NCBI RefSeq assembly: GCF_006345805.1
Contig: NC_042997.1
Coordinates: 143,592,001-143,656,000 of the forward strand
Length of the DNA stretch: 64,000 nucleotides
Source: Octopus sinensis
Lineage: Eukaryota
Direction: 5' to 3'
In this document: piece by piece, positions 24,229 to 37,887 of the stretch
How the letters are laid out: every line of letters begins with the position of its first letter
How positions within the stretch are numbered: the first letter of the stretch is position 1
Notes under the pieces: generated by a model
Databases searched by the model: none
Told to the model about the DNA's origin: nothing
What the model saw: the letters and a program-made list of their open reading frames with translations, nothing else
Translations under genes and position numbers: made by a program

Positions 24229-24344
24229 ATGTATTAGTCAAGAGAGAAGACAGACCCCCATGTCCTGTTACAGCAGTGGTCCTTAATTGGAGTCCATATG
24301 ACCCTTGGGGATCCAAGAAAGATTTTGTTGTTAAAAATTTATGT

Positions 24345-24756
24345 GCGTAGGAGTGGCTGTGTGGTAAGTGACTTGCTTGCGAACCACATGGTTCCGGGTT
24401 CAATCCCACTGTGTGGCACTTTGGGCAAATGTATTCTACTATAGCCTCGGGCCGACCAAAACCTTGTGAGTAGAATTGGTAGACGGAAACTGAAAGAAGC
24501 CCGTCGTATATATGTATATGTATGTGTGTGTATATGTTTGTGTGTCTGTGTTTGTCCCCCACCCCAACATCACTTGACAACCGATGCTGGTGTGTTCACG
24601 TTCCCGTAACTTAGCGGTTCGTCAAAAGGGACCGATAAAATAAGTCCTAGGATTACAAAGAATAAGTCCTGGGGTCGATTTGCTCGACTCAAGGCGGTGC
24701 TCCAGCATGGCCACAGTCAAATGACTGAAACAAGTAAAAGAGTAAAAGAGTAAGAG
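24345..24756 (+). mobile_element. SINE group A, full length
   Basis: Consensus match with GTAAAAGA tail. Confidence 0.95.
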
Positions 24757-24829
24757 TGCAATAACTTGGTTGTACTTCTACAACGCATAAAATATTTTAA
24801 TAATTTTTTTCCTACAGTTCCTCATAATA

Positions 24830-25259
24830 TCTCTCTATATATAAACGGCAGTTTGTCTGTCTGTGTGTCTGTCAGGTTGTACCCTCACCCTGACGACGGC
24901 TTTCAACCGATTCTGGTGAAACTTGACACACACATAACCCAATGTCATAATTCAAAACTAACGCAGTGAAAATTTTGAAAAGTTCCCCCAGTTCTGAAAA
25001 AATCGATAAATTCGACATTGGCTCGAGAATCTAAGCTTTTTATATGCAACACATTTTCTGTCTAGGGGACACAACTCGACCATTTTATCGCCCAAAGGGA
25101 CAGCTAGGAACATCGTATACACAGAAATATTCGAGTGAAGAGAAGACATTGCAACCTACACATGCGCCTTCGTTCCCAGAGGGAAAGGACTAGATTGGGA
25201 TTAGTCGTTGCCTACTAGGGAATCTTACATACCCGGGCAACGCCGGGCTATGCTGCTAG
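24830..25259 (+). mobile_element. Non-autonomous Helitron
   Basis: A|TC 5' end, CCCGG-GCAACG-CCGGG hairpin at 25232-25247, CTAG|T 3' end. Confidence 0.85.
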
Positions 25260-25669
25260 TTTAATTATAAAAATTATAATACGATTTTTTAAAAACATCG
25301 AATAGCTATGGGAGTCCAGTAGAGTAAAACAGGAAACAAAGGGCTTCACAGAGGTAAAAAATGGTTGTGAAGCGCTGTATTACTGGGCCCCCCGATACTG
25401 GTGGGAGGGAGGAAGACAGAGAAGAAGAGATTCTGAAACCGGGAACTCGGCCCGAGTGCTTGCAACAGTGCAAACGTCACTAAAAGTACCTAAACTGCTA
25501 GGTGTTGGTGATAAACCGGGTGACGAGTTAAATCCATCACCTAAGTAGGCCTTGGTGGTATTTGAACTCAAAATGTAAAGAGCCAAAACAAATAGTGCGA
25601 AGAATCCGGTTCGACGTTCTTACTATTCCGAGATTCTACTACCTTAGTTTGGTATTCCTGCTCTGCTCT

Positions 25670-25927
25670 AGCACTTCGTTGGTTACGATGACGAAGCCTG
25701 CTGGTGAAATTGACTTGTAGACATGCGTACTTTTAACGTAGTTCTCAAGGGAATTCAGCGCGACAGAATGTGATAAGGCTGGCTCTTTGAAATACACGTG
25801 CTACTCACTCTTGCCAGTTGAGTTGACTGGAGCAACGTGAAATAGAGTGTCTAGCTCAAGGATACAACGTGCCACCTAGAATCGAACTCATGACTTTCCG
25901 CTCGTGAGCCGAGTACCCTAGCCACTA
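25670..25927 (-). mobile_element. SINE group C, tail type 2 (internally deleted)
   Basis: Reverse complement of the 23905 family. Confidence 0.8.
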
Positions 25928-26804
25928 TTTTTTTATCGATGCCGAAAGAAAGAGAGGCAAAGATGACTTCGGTGGAATTTGAATTCAGAATGTAGAAAAT
26001 CCGGACAAATAACGTAAGACATTTTGTTCGACGCTCTGTAGGTGAAAGCATATTTGGTATTGCTGCGGAACACTTTTACAGGTAAAACTTCAAATGGTAT
26101 CTAAGCATAATCGGGTCGTCAAGGAATTTATTTCTTAATTAGTGGTGTCTTTGATCTTCTGTTGTAGTCTCGAAATGACTGAAGCCTTACGAACGAAATT
26201 TGATAGACGGAAATTGTGTGGAAATCCATCAGAGGGTTCTTTCCAATTCTTAGGAGACAAATTCAGTCTATCGCCGGTAAGTTAGTGTCTTTGGCAGAGT
26301 TCATTCTGTTGTATTCATTCCGATCAAGTGTCTGGTTTGAGGATAACTTTCTCCCGCCTTCAGAATAATCTGGAACTCATAGAAAACGCCATTGATCTGC
26401 CCTGTTCTTTATGATTAATTAGACTATAAAAAATAACGATGGATGATAAATGCAATGTGATACCATCCACTAGAATCAGTACCTTCGATCAATCATTCAC
26501 TAACTCCATAAAACATTTTCTAGGTTAGATTTCTTTCAACGTTTCTTAGATCTCTCTCAACATGTCACGAAGTCGTTATTTTTATTTCATATAGCTGACT
26601 TGTATTTCCATTTTATATCAACCCCCCCCCCCCACATACGCACACACACATGTATTGGAGTGGATTGCTCATGTTTAGTCCACTGTAGGACGAAGGCCTC
26701 AGCATATTCTTTCCACCAGAGAATAGCTGAAGAATATACTGGTTTGAAGATCATACTGATTTGTGCCAGCGTGCAGTGAACTGACATAATATAATAGAGA
26801 CAGA

Positions 26805-27715
26805 AGGCTGTGAGCTGGCAGAATCACCAGCACGTAGGTAGAAATACTTAGCGGTATTTCGTCCGACTTTACGTCCTAAGATCAAATTCTGCCGAGGGCG
26901 ACTTTGCCTTTCATCCTTTCGAGGTCAATAAAATAAGTACCCGCTGAGTACTGGGGATGATGTAATCGACTTAACTCATTACTCCAAATTACTGGTCTTG
27001 TGCCAAAATTTGAAACCAATATATAACGCTGCTTAAGGTGACGGGCCGGAAGAATGATTAGCACAGCCGGGCGAAATGTTTAGCGGTATTACGTCTGTCG
27101 TTACGTTGTGAGTTCAAATTCCGCCGAGGTCGACTTTGCCTTTTATCCTTTCGGGATCGATAAATTAAGTACCAGTTACGCACTGGGGTCGATGTAATCG
27201 ACTTAATACCTATGTCTGTCCTTGTTTGTCCCTTCTATGTTTTGCCCCTTGTGGGTAATAAAGAAATATAAATTTCGTCTGCCGCTACGTTTTGAGTTCA
27301 AATTCCGCCGAGGTTGACTTTGCCTTTCATCCTTTCGGGGTCGATAAATTAAGTACCAGTTACGCACTGGGATCGATGTAATCGACTTAATCCCGTTGTT
27401 TGTTCTTGTTTGTCCCCTCTGTGTGTAGCCCCTTGTGGGCAGTAAAGAAATAGGTATTTCGTCTGCCGTTACGTTCTGAATTCAAATTCCGCCGAGGTCG
27501 ACTTTGCCTTTCATCCTTTCGGGGTCGATTAAATAAGTACCAGTAACGCACTGGGGTCGATATAATCGACTTAATCCGTTTGTCTGTCCTTGTTTGTCCT
27601 CTCTGTGTTTAGCCCCTTGTGGGTAGTAAAGAAATAGGTATTTCGTCTGTCATTACGTTCAGAGATGAAATTCCTCCGAGGTCAACTTTGTCTTCCATCA
27701 TTCCGGAGTCAATAA
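26805..27715 (+). mobile_element. SINE group B cluster including a 184-bp-period tandem array
   Basis: cc(g/t)ccgagg anchor at 27121, 27305, 27489, 27673; separate copy at 26805-27020. Confidence 0.92.
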
Positions 27716-28599
27716 AAATCTGAAATCGTTATAATAGAGCCGGAATCCCTGTAGGGCTATGACGACAGGGGAAGTGACACATCATCAACATTTATTTTTA
27801 CTGTAATGACTTCTTTTGGAGCAAAATAAATAAACTGACCTGGGATGGGAAATGAAAAGCAATTAATTTTATATGTGAAAACATGTTTAGTCTTGTATTT
27901 ATAAATACCTTGGAATTACTGCCGGTACAACAAACACACGTATATACTTCCTACCATTCACTCATGCATATGCACACACATATTTCTCTAAAAGCAGCCT
28001 ATATTAAATGAGACAGAAGAAAAGGGTTCGCGCCAGTGAACTTAACCCTTTGTCATTCAGATTATTCTGTCAAATGTAATATTTATTTATCCAGATTGCT
28101 TTGAATTAATCATGCATTATCTCATAGCTTGAAGATTTCAATGATGTGACTATTCATATTTTGAATGAAATTATAAGGTAGGTGTGAAAGGCCAGATCTG
28201 GCCTGTTTGAACATAAAACATGTAGGAAATTTGGGCCAGATATGGCCGGTTTAAATGCTAAAGGGAATAGATGGATCTCCATCGTTTTCGACGATCAATT
28301 GAATTATTTGCTCATTGAATCAGCGTGTTATTGGCTGAGTTTTCCACAGTCATATTTATCCTTAACATAATTCTCATGCAAATTCAACGTGTTAGAGGGC
28401 GGTAAGACGGGGACCTTAAAATTACAAATACAATCAGTTCGGCAGGCTTCTACACAGCTTCTGTCCACTCAATTTCCCTTACAATGTCCAAGGTGCAACC
28501 CATAAGGGCCGAACCCGGGATGTCGGAATAGTGAAGCAAAGTCTACGTAGCCGTAAAGTATTTATAGTTTATCTACTACCATTCTTGGTGGACTTCTTT

Positions 28600-29005
28600 T
28601 ACCATTTACTTGTTTCAGACATTGAACTACGGTCATGCTGGGGCATCGACCTTGAAGGGTTTAATCGAGCAACTCAACTACAATAATGTTTATTTTAAAG
28701 TCTGGTATCTATTCTATCATCCACGTTTTGTCGAACCGCTGGGTTACAGTGATGTAAGCAAACCAACACCGGTGGTAAAGCGATGAGTGGGCGTCACACA
28801 CAAACAAAAGACAGACAGACAGACAGACAGACACACATACACTCTCTCTCTCACACACATGATGGGCTTTCACACAGTTTCTGTATACCAAATTCACTTA
28901 CAAGGCATAGTAGAAGATTCGGGCCCACGGTGCCGTGCAGTGGAATAAAACCGGTATCATGTTGGTGGGAAGCAAACTTCCTAACCATACAGCCATGCCT
29001 GCGCA
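28600..29005 (-). mobile_element. SINE group A, diverged
   Basis: Consensus match. Confidence 0.85.
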
Positions 29006-29112
29006 TGTTTAAAATCCAAGAAAAGATTATCACTTTTTGATTTGACAAAATAAAGTGGTATGGTTTAAAACCTATATGGTAAGGTTGACAGCTTTATGAA
29101 CCCTACTATATA

Positions 29113-29385
29113 CACGTTCTTTGATTCTCATCTTCTTTGATTCCCATGTTCTTTTATTCCTATGATCTTTGATTCCCATGTTCTTTGATTCCTATGTTCT
29201 TTGATTCTCATATACTTTGATTCCCATGTTCTTTGATTCTCATGTTCTTTGACTCCCATGTTCTTTCATTCTCATGTCTTTTGAGTCCCATGTTCTTTGG
29301 TTCCCATGTTCTTTGATTCCCATGTTCTTTGATTCCCATGTTCTTTGATTCCCATGTTCTTTGATTCCCATGTTCTTTGATTATG
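29113..29385. repeat. 16-bp minisatellite (TTCTTTGATTCCCATG)n, ~17 units
   Basis: Direct reading. Confidence 0.95.
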
Positions 29386-29938
29386 GTTTAATTTTCTTAC
29401 ATGTTTCTGGATGTCTCGTATGCATAAGTGTCATCTGAGAGATCATGGATGGAAAGTCAGAAATTCATCTGTCGAGAATGAGCAATCACCACATATCTGT
29501 GTGTGTGTTTATCATAGGAGCCGCCGAAAACGTTTTTCTTCATGTAGTGCATGGAAGGAAATACGTGTTGATTTCTTATCTTCCACGTGAAAGGCCTGAG
29601 AGGAACACATTACAGGAACTGAAGAAATACTCGCCAAGTATACAGTGTCCCCGCTGCTTCCAGCAATGATCTGTACCTATATAATTGGTATCAATTTATG
29701 GTGTTGTTAACTCGATCATTTACTAAGTCGAGTGTTCACTTGCAAGTCACAGTTTATTATTGAGGTGGGGCGATCACTTGAATAAGATTTTGTTAAAAAA
29801 TTCACGGAAGTTATTAAAGCATGGCGAAGACATATCTCTAACTATGGAGAGCATCTGAAAAATTTACACTTCCTGCGTATTATTTACTCGCTGCAAAGGC
29901 TTTGTGACGTATATTTTGTTTGTTATATGATCTCTGTA

Positions 29939-29986
<48 letters not shown>

Positions 29987-30756
29987 GTATATGTATGTGT
30001 GTATCATGTAATGTATACATATATACATGCATACATACATTACACACACACACGCGCACGCGCATATATATGAGATATGTTTCTGTTATGAATAATAATA
30101 ATTCTGTTCTAGAATTCAAACAAAAATAAGAATAAAGAGAGCAACAGAAACCACCTATTCATCAAACTACACATTAGAAGTTTTGGGCACAGCGACTGTT
30201 CAACGATATCACGTAGAATAGTATGTTACAAACGAAATTGAATCGACAACTGTGTGTCATAATTGTCCAACCAATAATACTTCTCGGATCAAAGAGATAG
30301 TTGAAAAAGTATTGTGATTAACTTGGAAAGAAAAAATATATATGTTGACTTTGGCGAAATATTGACAATAAGTACAACACACAAATAATAGCAGAGGAAA
30401 ATTAGGTGTGACAGTTTCAATAGTAAAGGAACTGGTGCAATATATAAAAGTGACTGTTGATTTAAATATAGGAAATTTACACTTGAAAAGCCATACAAAA
30501 TGAATTATTCAGTGACTGTTAAGAAAAACGATAAAAAATAGTTTTAAAAGAATCTTACAAACAAACGAGGTGTGCTTTGCAAAGAAGAAAGAGGACAAGT
30601 CTGCTTTAATATACAAAAGTTACTATTTTGTTCCGTTTCTAAATGCATGTGGGCTGTAGAGAATTGTGTTTCTAGAGCAGAAAATAAACAGCTGAAATAG
30701 TTGTACTCTTTATTTTGTCACTAATACAGAGTCGCCGATCATGGCCAGATCCCAAG

Positions 30757-31015
30757 TGAAGGCACGTGGCTTAGTGGTTAAGGTATTTGGCCCACGATCG
30801 TAGGGTTAAAAGTTCGATCCCCGGTGGTGTGTTGTGTCCTTGAACAAGATATTTTATTTCACGTTGCTCCAGTTCACTCAGCTGGCAAAAAGGAGTTGTA
30901 CTTGGGATTCAAAGGGCCAGCCTTACTACATTCTGTATCATGCTGAATCTCACTGAGAGCTACGTTATGGGTATACTTGCATGTTAATTTCACGAGCAGG
31001 CTGCTCCGTCGATCA
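30757..31015 (+). mobile_element. SINE group C, tail type 2
   Basis: gtgaaggcacgtggcttagtgg...gttcgatcccc... Confidence 0.85.
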
Positions 31016-31069
31016 TACAATAAAACTAAATATGTTTTCACATAAAATTTATCGCTTTTTATTTCCGAT

Positions 31070-31648
31070 CCCAGTGCTCACCAGCTACTTATTTTATCGA
31101 TCCCGAAAGGATCAAGGCAAAGTTATCCTTGACAGAATTTGAACCCAGAAAGTAAAGGGTCGATAAGTATTTTGTCCGACGTGTTAACAACTCCGCTGGC
31201 CCGCCGCCTTGCAACTTTGTAATATTGAAGACTTTGGTTATTATTTCATTACATCGCTATGAACAGACTATCGTATTGGGATAAACAAGTTTCATGATAT
31301 GACAGGGACATACTTTTCTTCAGACACAATGATGGGAAATACTTCATCTTTTTTATTCTTGCATTTTATGTCAGTAATGAAAGTTACTCAATCTAATTCA
31401 CACTCAGTTGTTATTGCTCAGCCCTAGGTTATCCCTGACCAAACATGTTTATGATCAAGGTTGTTCCAGTCGTGACCATACAGTCTGTTTTTTTTCCAGA
31501 CATAGTGTTGGCAGATAGTAACTTTAGCGGATAGTAACTTTAGCAAAGTCGACCTCGGCGGAATTTAAACTCAGAACGTAATGGCGGACGAAATACCGCT
31601 AAGCATTTCACTCGGCGTGCTAACGTTTCTGCCAGCTCGCCGCCTTCT
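31070..31648 (-). mobile_element. Two partial SINE group B copies (31070-31210, 31545-31648)
   Basis: Consensus match. Confidence 0.75.
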
Positions 31649-31959
31649 TGTCGAGTTGGATGTTGTTACTCTGGGCTAGAGGTTTATATCATCACCAAAT
31701 CTCGTTCTGGCTGCACCACTCACCCTCTCTCTTGAAGCAGATAAAGTAACTAGCTTTCTCATACGGCTTCCGACAATTTGTTTCCAATATCTTTTGCTTC
31801 CTTCGCAGCGAGCCGAAGACTCCTGAGCATCGAGCAAACGTTTGACGATTGCATGAAAATGAAGAAAGGCGAATGCTATCTTTATTATTCATTCTTTTCG
31901 TTTTTTAAAACTCACGGACGTTTTTCCTGATACTGAAAAACTAAATTTATGTATTTTAT

Positions 31960-33400
31960 CTGGCAGTTTAAAAGTTTATAATGATTCTCCAATATCTTAT
32001 AAGAGAACGAACTAAGAGAGAAAAATGATTGATTGTGGTCATTTGTTTGTCAGAGAAAGGAAAAATGTTGAGCGCGTTAGTTGGAAATGTGTCCAATGTT
32101 ATAACATCGTTGTCTCACAAGAATTCACACGAGGAAAGATTGCATTACCGAATAACTGAGAAAATATGAACATACAGGCAATATTACTCGTGTTGAAACT
32201 GCCAAACTATTAATTTAACAACTAAATAAACACTTGCAACTCCGGAAACACATCGTTGCATCACGTGCTTGCATCGGATTGTTAGATGCAGTAATAAGCT
32301 AACGCTTGCTCTCATAAGAAAGATGCATATGAAATACTCAAAATTAAACATTAACCTAGAAAATATATTCCAGCGTAGAATATCGCTGGAATAAAAGAAC
32401 TGTGCATTCAAGTCAGCCTTTTCTTCTATTCGAGAGTGATAATAGGCCAAGTGAAATTATTTTATTTTAGATTTGAAGAAATTTTCAGCTGTTACCAAAT
32501 GCAAAATTTTGGTTTCACTTTTATTAATCCTGGATTAGAGCATTATGAATGCTGGAGAATTTTTCCCGTGATGTAATGGCTAGAACTGCAAAAAGTTACA
32601 AGAAGCTTTTCTCATAAGGGAAATCCTTAAACATACTACCTAACATAATGAGCGATTACGCGTTAATGTTTTCAAAACAGTTTTTGATCAAATTCAACTG
32701 ATAAAACGTTTTTTATATTTTTCCCAATACATATTTTAATTTCAAAATTCGGCACAAGGCCAGCATTCTTAGGGAGAGGCAAAGTACTCAACTGGTATTT
32801 CTTTTATCGATGCTGGAAGGAGGAAAAACAAACTAGATCTCGTCGAAATATGAACTCAGAGCGTAAAGAGCTTGAAGAAGTGCCGCTACGCATTTTGTGC
32901 GGCACACCTACATTGGACAAAATGCTTAGCATCTTTTTCTCAGTAGATATTTTGATCTATTAAAACAAATTGTGTGTAACAGTTATCAGAAAATGATGCA
33001 AAATTTGTGTTGAAGATGATTGCAGTGATGCCAATCTCAAATACATTCCGTTCTTTCGAAAATTTATGCTACAGTAATGGGTTTACCGAAGAAGCTCTGT
33101 CAAAAACTATGCGATTGGATTCCCACTACGTCGCCTCTTATATCGACTTCCTTGCTTTGATCATACACTTTGAAATTGCCTTGATGGTGCCAAGTTAAAC
33201 AATTCCCATGAAGACTACATTGATTACTTAGCAGATTGATCGAAGTATTTTAATCTCTGTATTGGAAATTTATAGAGACCTAGTTAACAGAATAATTATA
33301 AAACGATAGTATGTATTTGGTGCAGAAATTCTACTTTTCGAAAAAAAAAATTAGCGCTATGAGAATTTCACATACAGCCAATAAATGTCAGAATCACGAT
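31960..33400 (+). pseudogene. Highly decayed FLYWCH/MULE transposase relic, interrupted by SINE B (32745-32910)
   Basis: KMIDCGHLFVRERKNVERVSWKCVQC (~32020-32100) is FLYWCH-like; LKMIAVMP...F.NL (~33010) resembles the MULE C-terminal region. Confidence 0.5.
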
Positions 33401-33534
33401 TTATTGGATTACTTAAGAGTTTTTTTCTCAGAAACAACAAAATATCTCCAATGAATTAAAACTCACAACTTTGAGTTAATAACTCTAATAAATCGAGAAA
33501 ATGGTTTCTAAGAACAAGCACTAATATATATTAA

Positions 33535-34655
33535 CTAGCTTAAGGTGACCTGCTCTACGCGCGGGCGAGGGTGTGGTTATTACTTTCTGTAGCTTCCTTT
33601 CTGTTTCTTATCGCCACATTCTCCCTCTTTGTTTCTCTCTCCTTTCTCTTTCACTCTCCCACTCTCTTTCTCTCGGACTCTCCCTCGCTTTCACTTATTC
33701 TCTATCTTTCTCTATATGTCTCCCTCTCATTTATAAGAAATTAGATTTCAGTGCTTAAATTACTTATCCACTTCCACTTTACCATGCTGAAAATAAGATT
33801 GAAATCGGGCAAAAGGTGTCCAATCTTAAAATAACTTAGCGGTTCGCCAATCGAGGTCAATAAAATGACATAGTGGTTCGCCAAAGTGATCTATAAAAAA
33901 AATTAGCGGTTCGACAAACGTAATCGATAAAATAACATTAGCAGTTCGCCAATCGAGATCGATAAAATGACTTAGCGGTTCGCCAAAAGTGACGATAAAA
34001 TAACTTAGCAGTTCGCAAAACGTGCTCGATAAAATAGCATTAGCGGTTCGCCAAAGGAGATCGATAAAATAGCTTAGCGGTTCGTCAAACGAGATCCAAA
34101 GAATAACTCAGCGGTTCGCCAAAGTGATTGATAAAATAACTTAGCGGTTCGCAAAACGTACTCGATAAAATAACATTAGCGGTTCGCCAAAGGAGATCGA
34201 TAAAATAACTTAGCGGTTCATCAAACGAGATCCAAAGAATAACTTAACGGTTCGCCATAAGTGATCGTTAAAAGAATCTAGCGGTTCGCCAATCGAGATC
34301 GATAAAATAACTTAGCGGTTCGCCAAAGGAGATCGATAAAATAACATAGCTGTTCGTGAAAGGAGATCGATAAAATAACATAGCTGTTCGTGAAAGGAGA
34401 TCGATAAAATAACATAGCTGTTCGTGAAAGGAGATCGATAAAATAACTTAGCTGTTCGCCAATGGAAGTTGATAAAATATATTAGCGTTTCGCCAAATGG
34501 GATTTATAACCTAGCCCACTCACATCCTCGCCTCTTTTTACATGTCCCTGTAAATTTTGGAGCGAATCCGACCGCATTTAATGCCACTTAACCCGTTCCA
34601 ATGCTAAAACCAAACAAACAAACTTTTGTCGCATTTAAAATTTTTAATGTAGAGA
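33535..34655 (-). mobile_element. Non-autonomous Helitron carrying a minisatellite
   Basis: - strand: TCTCTACATTAAAA...GTTTGTTTGTTTG 5' end; GC hairpin cccgcgcgtagagcagg then CTAG|T 3' end at 33535. Confidence 0.75.
33829..34505. repeat. ~34-bp minisatellite, ~20 units (TAACTTAGCGGTTCGCCAAAGGAGATCGATAAAA)
   Basis: Direct reading; unit matches an internal segment of SINE group A. Confidence 0.95.
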
Positions 34656-34659
34656 AGCT

Positions 34660-34845
34660 TTCAAATTTTGGCATAAGGTCAGCAATTTCGGGAAAGTGCT
34701 CAACTGGTAGTTCTTTTATCGACCCTGAAAAGATGAAAGGCAAAGTTGACCTCGATGGAATTTAAACTCAGAATGTAAAGATAGATGAAATGTCGTTAAG
34801 TAATTTGCCCGGTGTGCTTACGATCCTGCCAGTTCGCCACCTTAA
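34660..34845 (-). mobile_element. SINE group B
   Basis: Consensus match. Confidence 0.85.
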
Positions 34846-35922
34846 GTTACACTAATATATATCATAAATACATTTCGACTGGTTTTCTATGCTTTCTACA
34901 GTTTTAATGATTAATTTAATACGGATTTTCATATTGCCATTAATAATATCATTTACTAAAGAGAAGAAAGAGAATGTCAATAAAGTTGACCTCAGAATAT
35001 CATCAGTAGTGACAGAAAGCGAACTCTTTAATAAAAGAAGAGTGGAAACAGCTAATTGTTTCTTGAATAGAACACAAGCCTTTGGTGACGACATGAACAC
35101 AGCTTAACCTAAACAAAAAAGGAACGTTGTGTCAGCTTTCTTTCGCTTCCTCTTCTCTTTCTTTCGAAAACTGGAATGTTTTTTTCTATTCTTTGTTTTC
35201 CTCACCAATGAGAGAGTTAATTAATGTTCAATTAAGTATTTCAGGTGTTCTCTGATGAAAAATATTTAAAAAGTATTTAAGAAATAGCAATTTACGAAAA
35301 TCAAACGTAAATGTTTCAAACTACATTTAATTTCTTAATTAAACTCAGAAGTCAACTTTTGTTTTGATGGGCGTGAAGTATAATTGATTTAAGAGACTCC
35401 AGTATATAATTGCTATTTATCTTATCGTATCGTAAAACATGACAGACAAAGTCGTTTCTGTTGGGATTTTAACTTAACCGCTGCAGGATGAAACATGTAA
35501 TTTATTTAGCATAACTCACTTTTATGTAAACGACTCCAGCGACTCCTTACTGTTTCAAATACTGTTTAAAACCACATCGAGGTAATTCTGCAGCTATGAA
35601 GTTTGTGAAAAGAAATGACAGTTCTTATCTATGATATTTTGTTTAACTTTAAGTTTTGTATATAAGGTCGGTATAGTTGACTGCATGATTGTAAATATGT
35701 TACACATTCACACACACACACACACAACAATTTTCCATAGAATTTCCGACTACCAAACTTTACTCACAAAGTATTGGTTGATCCAAGGTTATAGTAGAAG
35801 ACACGTGCCCAAGGTGTCACGCAATGTGCTCGAACCCACAGCCACGTGATTACGAGTTAACTTTCTTAACCTCTTAACAGTGCCTATAAACCCCTCAGAC
35901 ACACATAAACATACATACAATT

Positions 35923-36410
<488 letters not shown>

Positions 36411-36602
36411 ATGTACATATATCGTATTGTGCTTGGTAAATAACATCAAAGATATCGAGAACTGCGCAACTTCCGATACAAACATGTACGAGATTAATGT
36501 AGATTTATGTAGTTGTACTTAAAAGCATTGCGAGCTAACATGTAACGAAGGCCTACCATTCATTTTGCGGTCTCAGTTTCCAGGTTTTGCTTAAATCTAC
36601 AC

Positions 36603-37205
36603 CTTTTACTTGTTTCAGTCACTGGACTGCGGCCATGCTGGGGCACCACCTTGAATGGTGTAGTCGAACAATTCGACCCCAGTGCTTAGTTCTTTAAAGT
36701 CTGGCGCTTATTCTATGAATCTCTTCTACCTATTTCTTTACTACCCACAAGGGGCTAAACATAGAGAGGACAAACAAGGACAGACAAACGGATTAAATCG
36801 ATTATATCGACCCCAGTGCGTAACTGGTACTTATTTAATCAACCCCTAAAGGATGAAAGGCAAAGTCGACCTCGGCGGAATTTGAACTCAGAACGTAGCG
36901 GCAGACGAAATACGGCTAAGCATTTCGCCCAGCGTGCTATCTTTTCTGCCAGCTCGCCGCCTTTTAAACAGACCAATACCACTCATCAAGCGATGGTGGG
37001 GAACAAGCACAAACACTAATACATAGAAACGTATATCTAAAACGGTCTTCTTTTCAGTTTCCGTCTACCAAGTCCACTCACAAGGCTCTAGTCGGCTAGA
37101 AGCTATAGTAGAAGACACTACGTTAGGTGCTACGCAGTGAAACTGAACTTGGAATCATGTGGTTAGGAAGCAAACTTGTTACCACTGGGCCATGTTTGCG
37201 CCTAT
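36603..37205 (-). mobile_element. SINE group A with a nested SINE group B (36730-36962)
   Basis: SINE A 3' and 5' halves flank a complete SINE B. Confidence 0.85.
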
Positions 37206-37320
37206 GATATAAAAGTGATATTAAGATTTCAAGAATAAGCTTTGGGCTGTAGTATTAAATAGAAAATTCTTGGAAGTTTCAGTCCCTACAAAATTGGAAG
37301 TAAAAGACGTAATTTGCGCA

Positions 37321-37876
37321 CAACAGAGGAGATGTGACGCCTCAAAAACTTTCACATGTTAAACTTCTAATTAAACAACAGACCAAAGAAAACTGGGAAA
37401 TTCAGGAATTTTGAAAAATACCCGGTACGCTATTGGGAAATACCATTTTCATTTGACTAGAATTACACTGATATTGCTTCGCCTAAGCCCTTTTTGTTCT
37501 CTACCAACAGAGGAGATATAACGCCTCAAAAACTTTCACATGTTAAACTTCTAATTAAAAAACAGAACAAAGAAAACTTGGAAATTCAGGAATTTTGAAA
37601 AATACCCGGTACGCTATTGGGAAATACCATTTTCATTTGACTAGAATTACACTGATATTGCTTCGCCTAAGCCCTTTTTGTTCTCTACCAACAGAGGAGA
37701 TGTAACGCCTCAAAAACTTTCACATGTTAAACTTCTAATTAAACAACAGAACAAAGAAAACTTGGAAATTCAGGAATTTTGAAAAATACCCAGTACGCTA
37801 TTGGGAAATACCATTTTCATTTGACTAGAATTACACTGATATTGCTTCGCTTAAGCCCTTTTTGTTCTCTACCAAC
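37321..37876. repeat. Three tandem 184-bp repeats
   Basis: caacagaggagat at 37321, 37505, 37689; near-identical units. Confidence 0.95.
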
Positions 37877-37887
37877 TTCTTTTCTAC

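Noticed and set aside
29420-29680. Exon candidates on both strands
   Set aside because: All frames and both strands give equally weak candidates; no discriminating evidence
33829-34505. CRISPR-like ~34-bp periodic repeat
   Set aside because: No unique spacers, units are contiguous and SINE-derived, no cas genes, eukaryotic context
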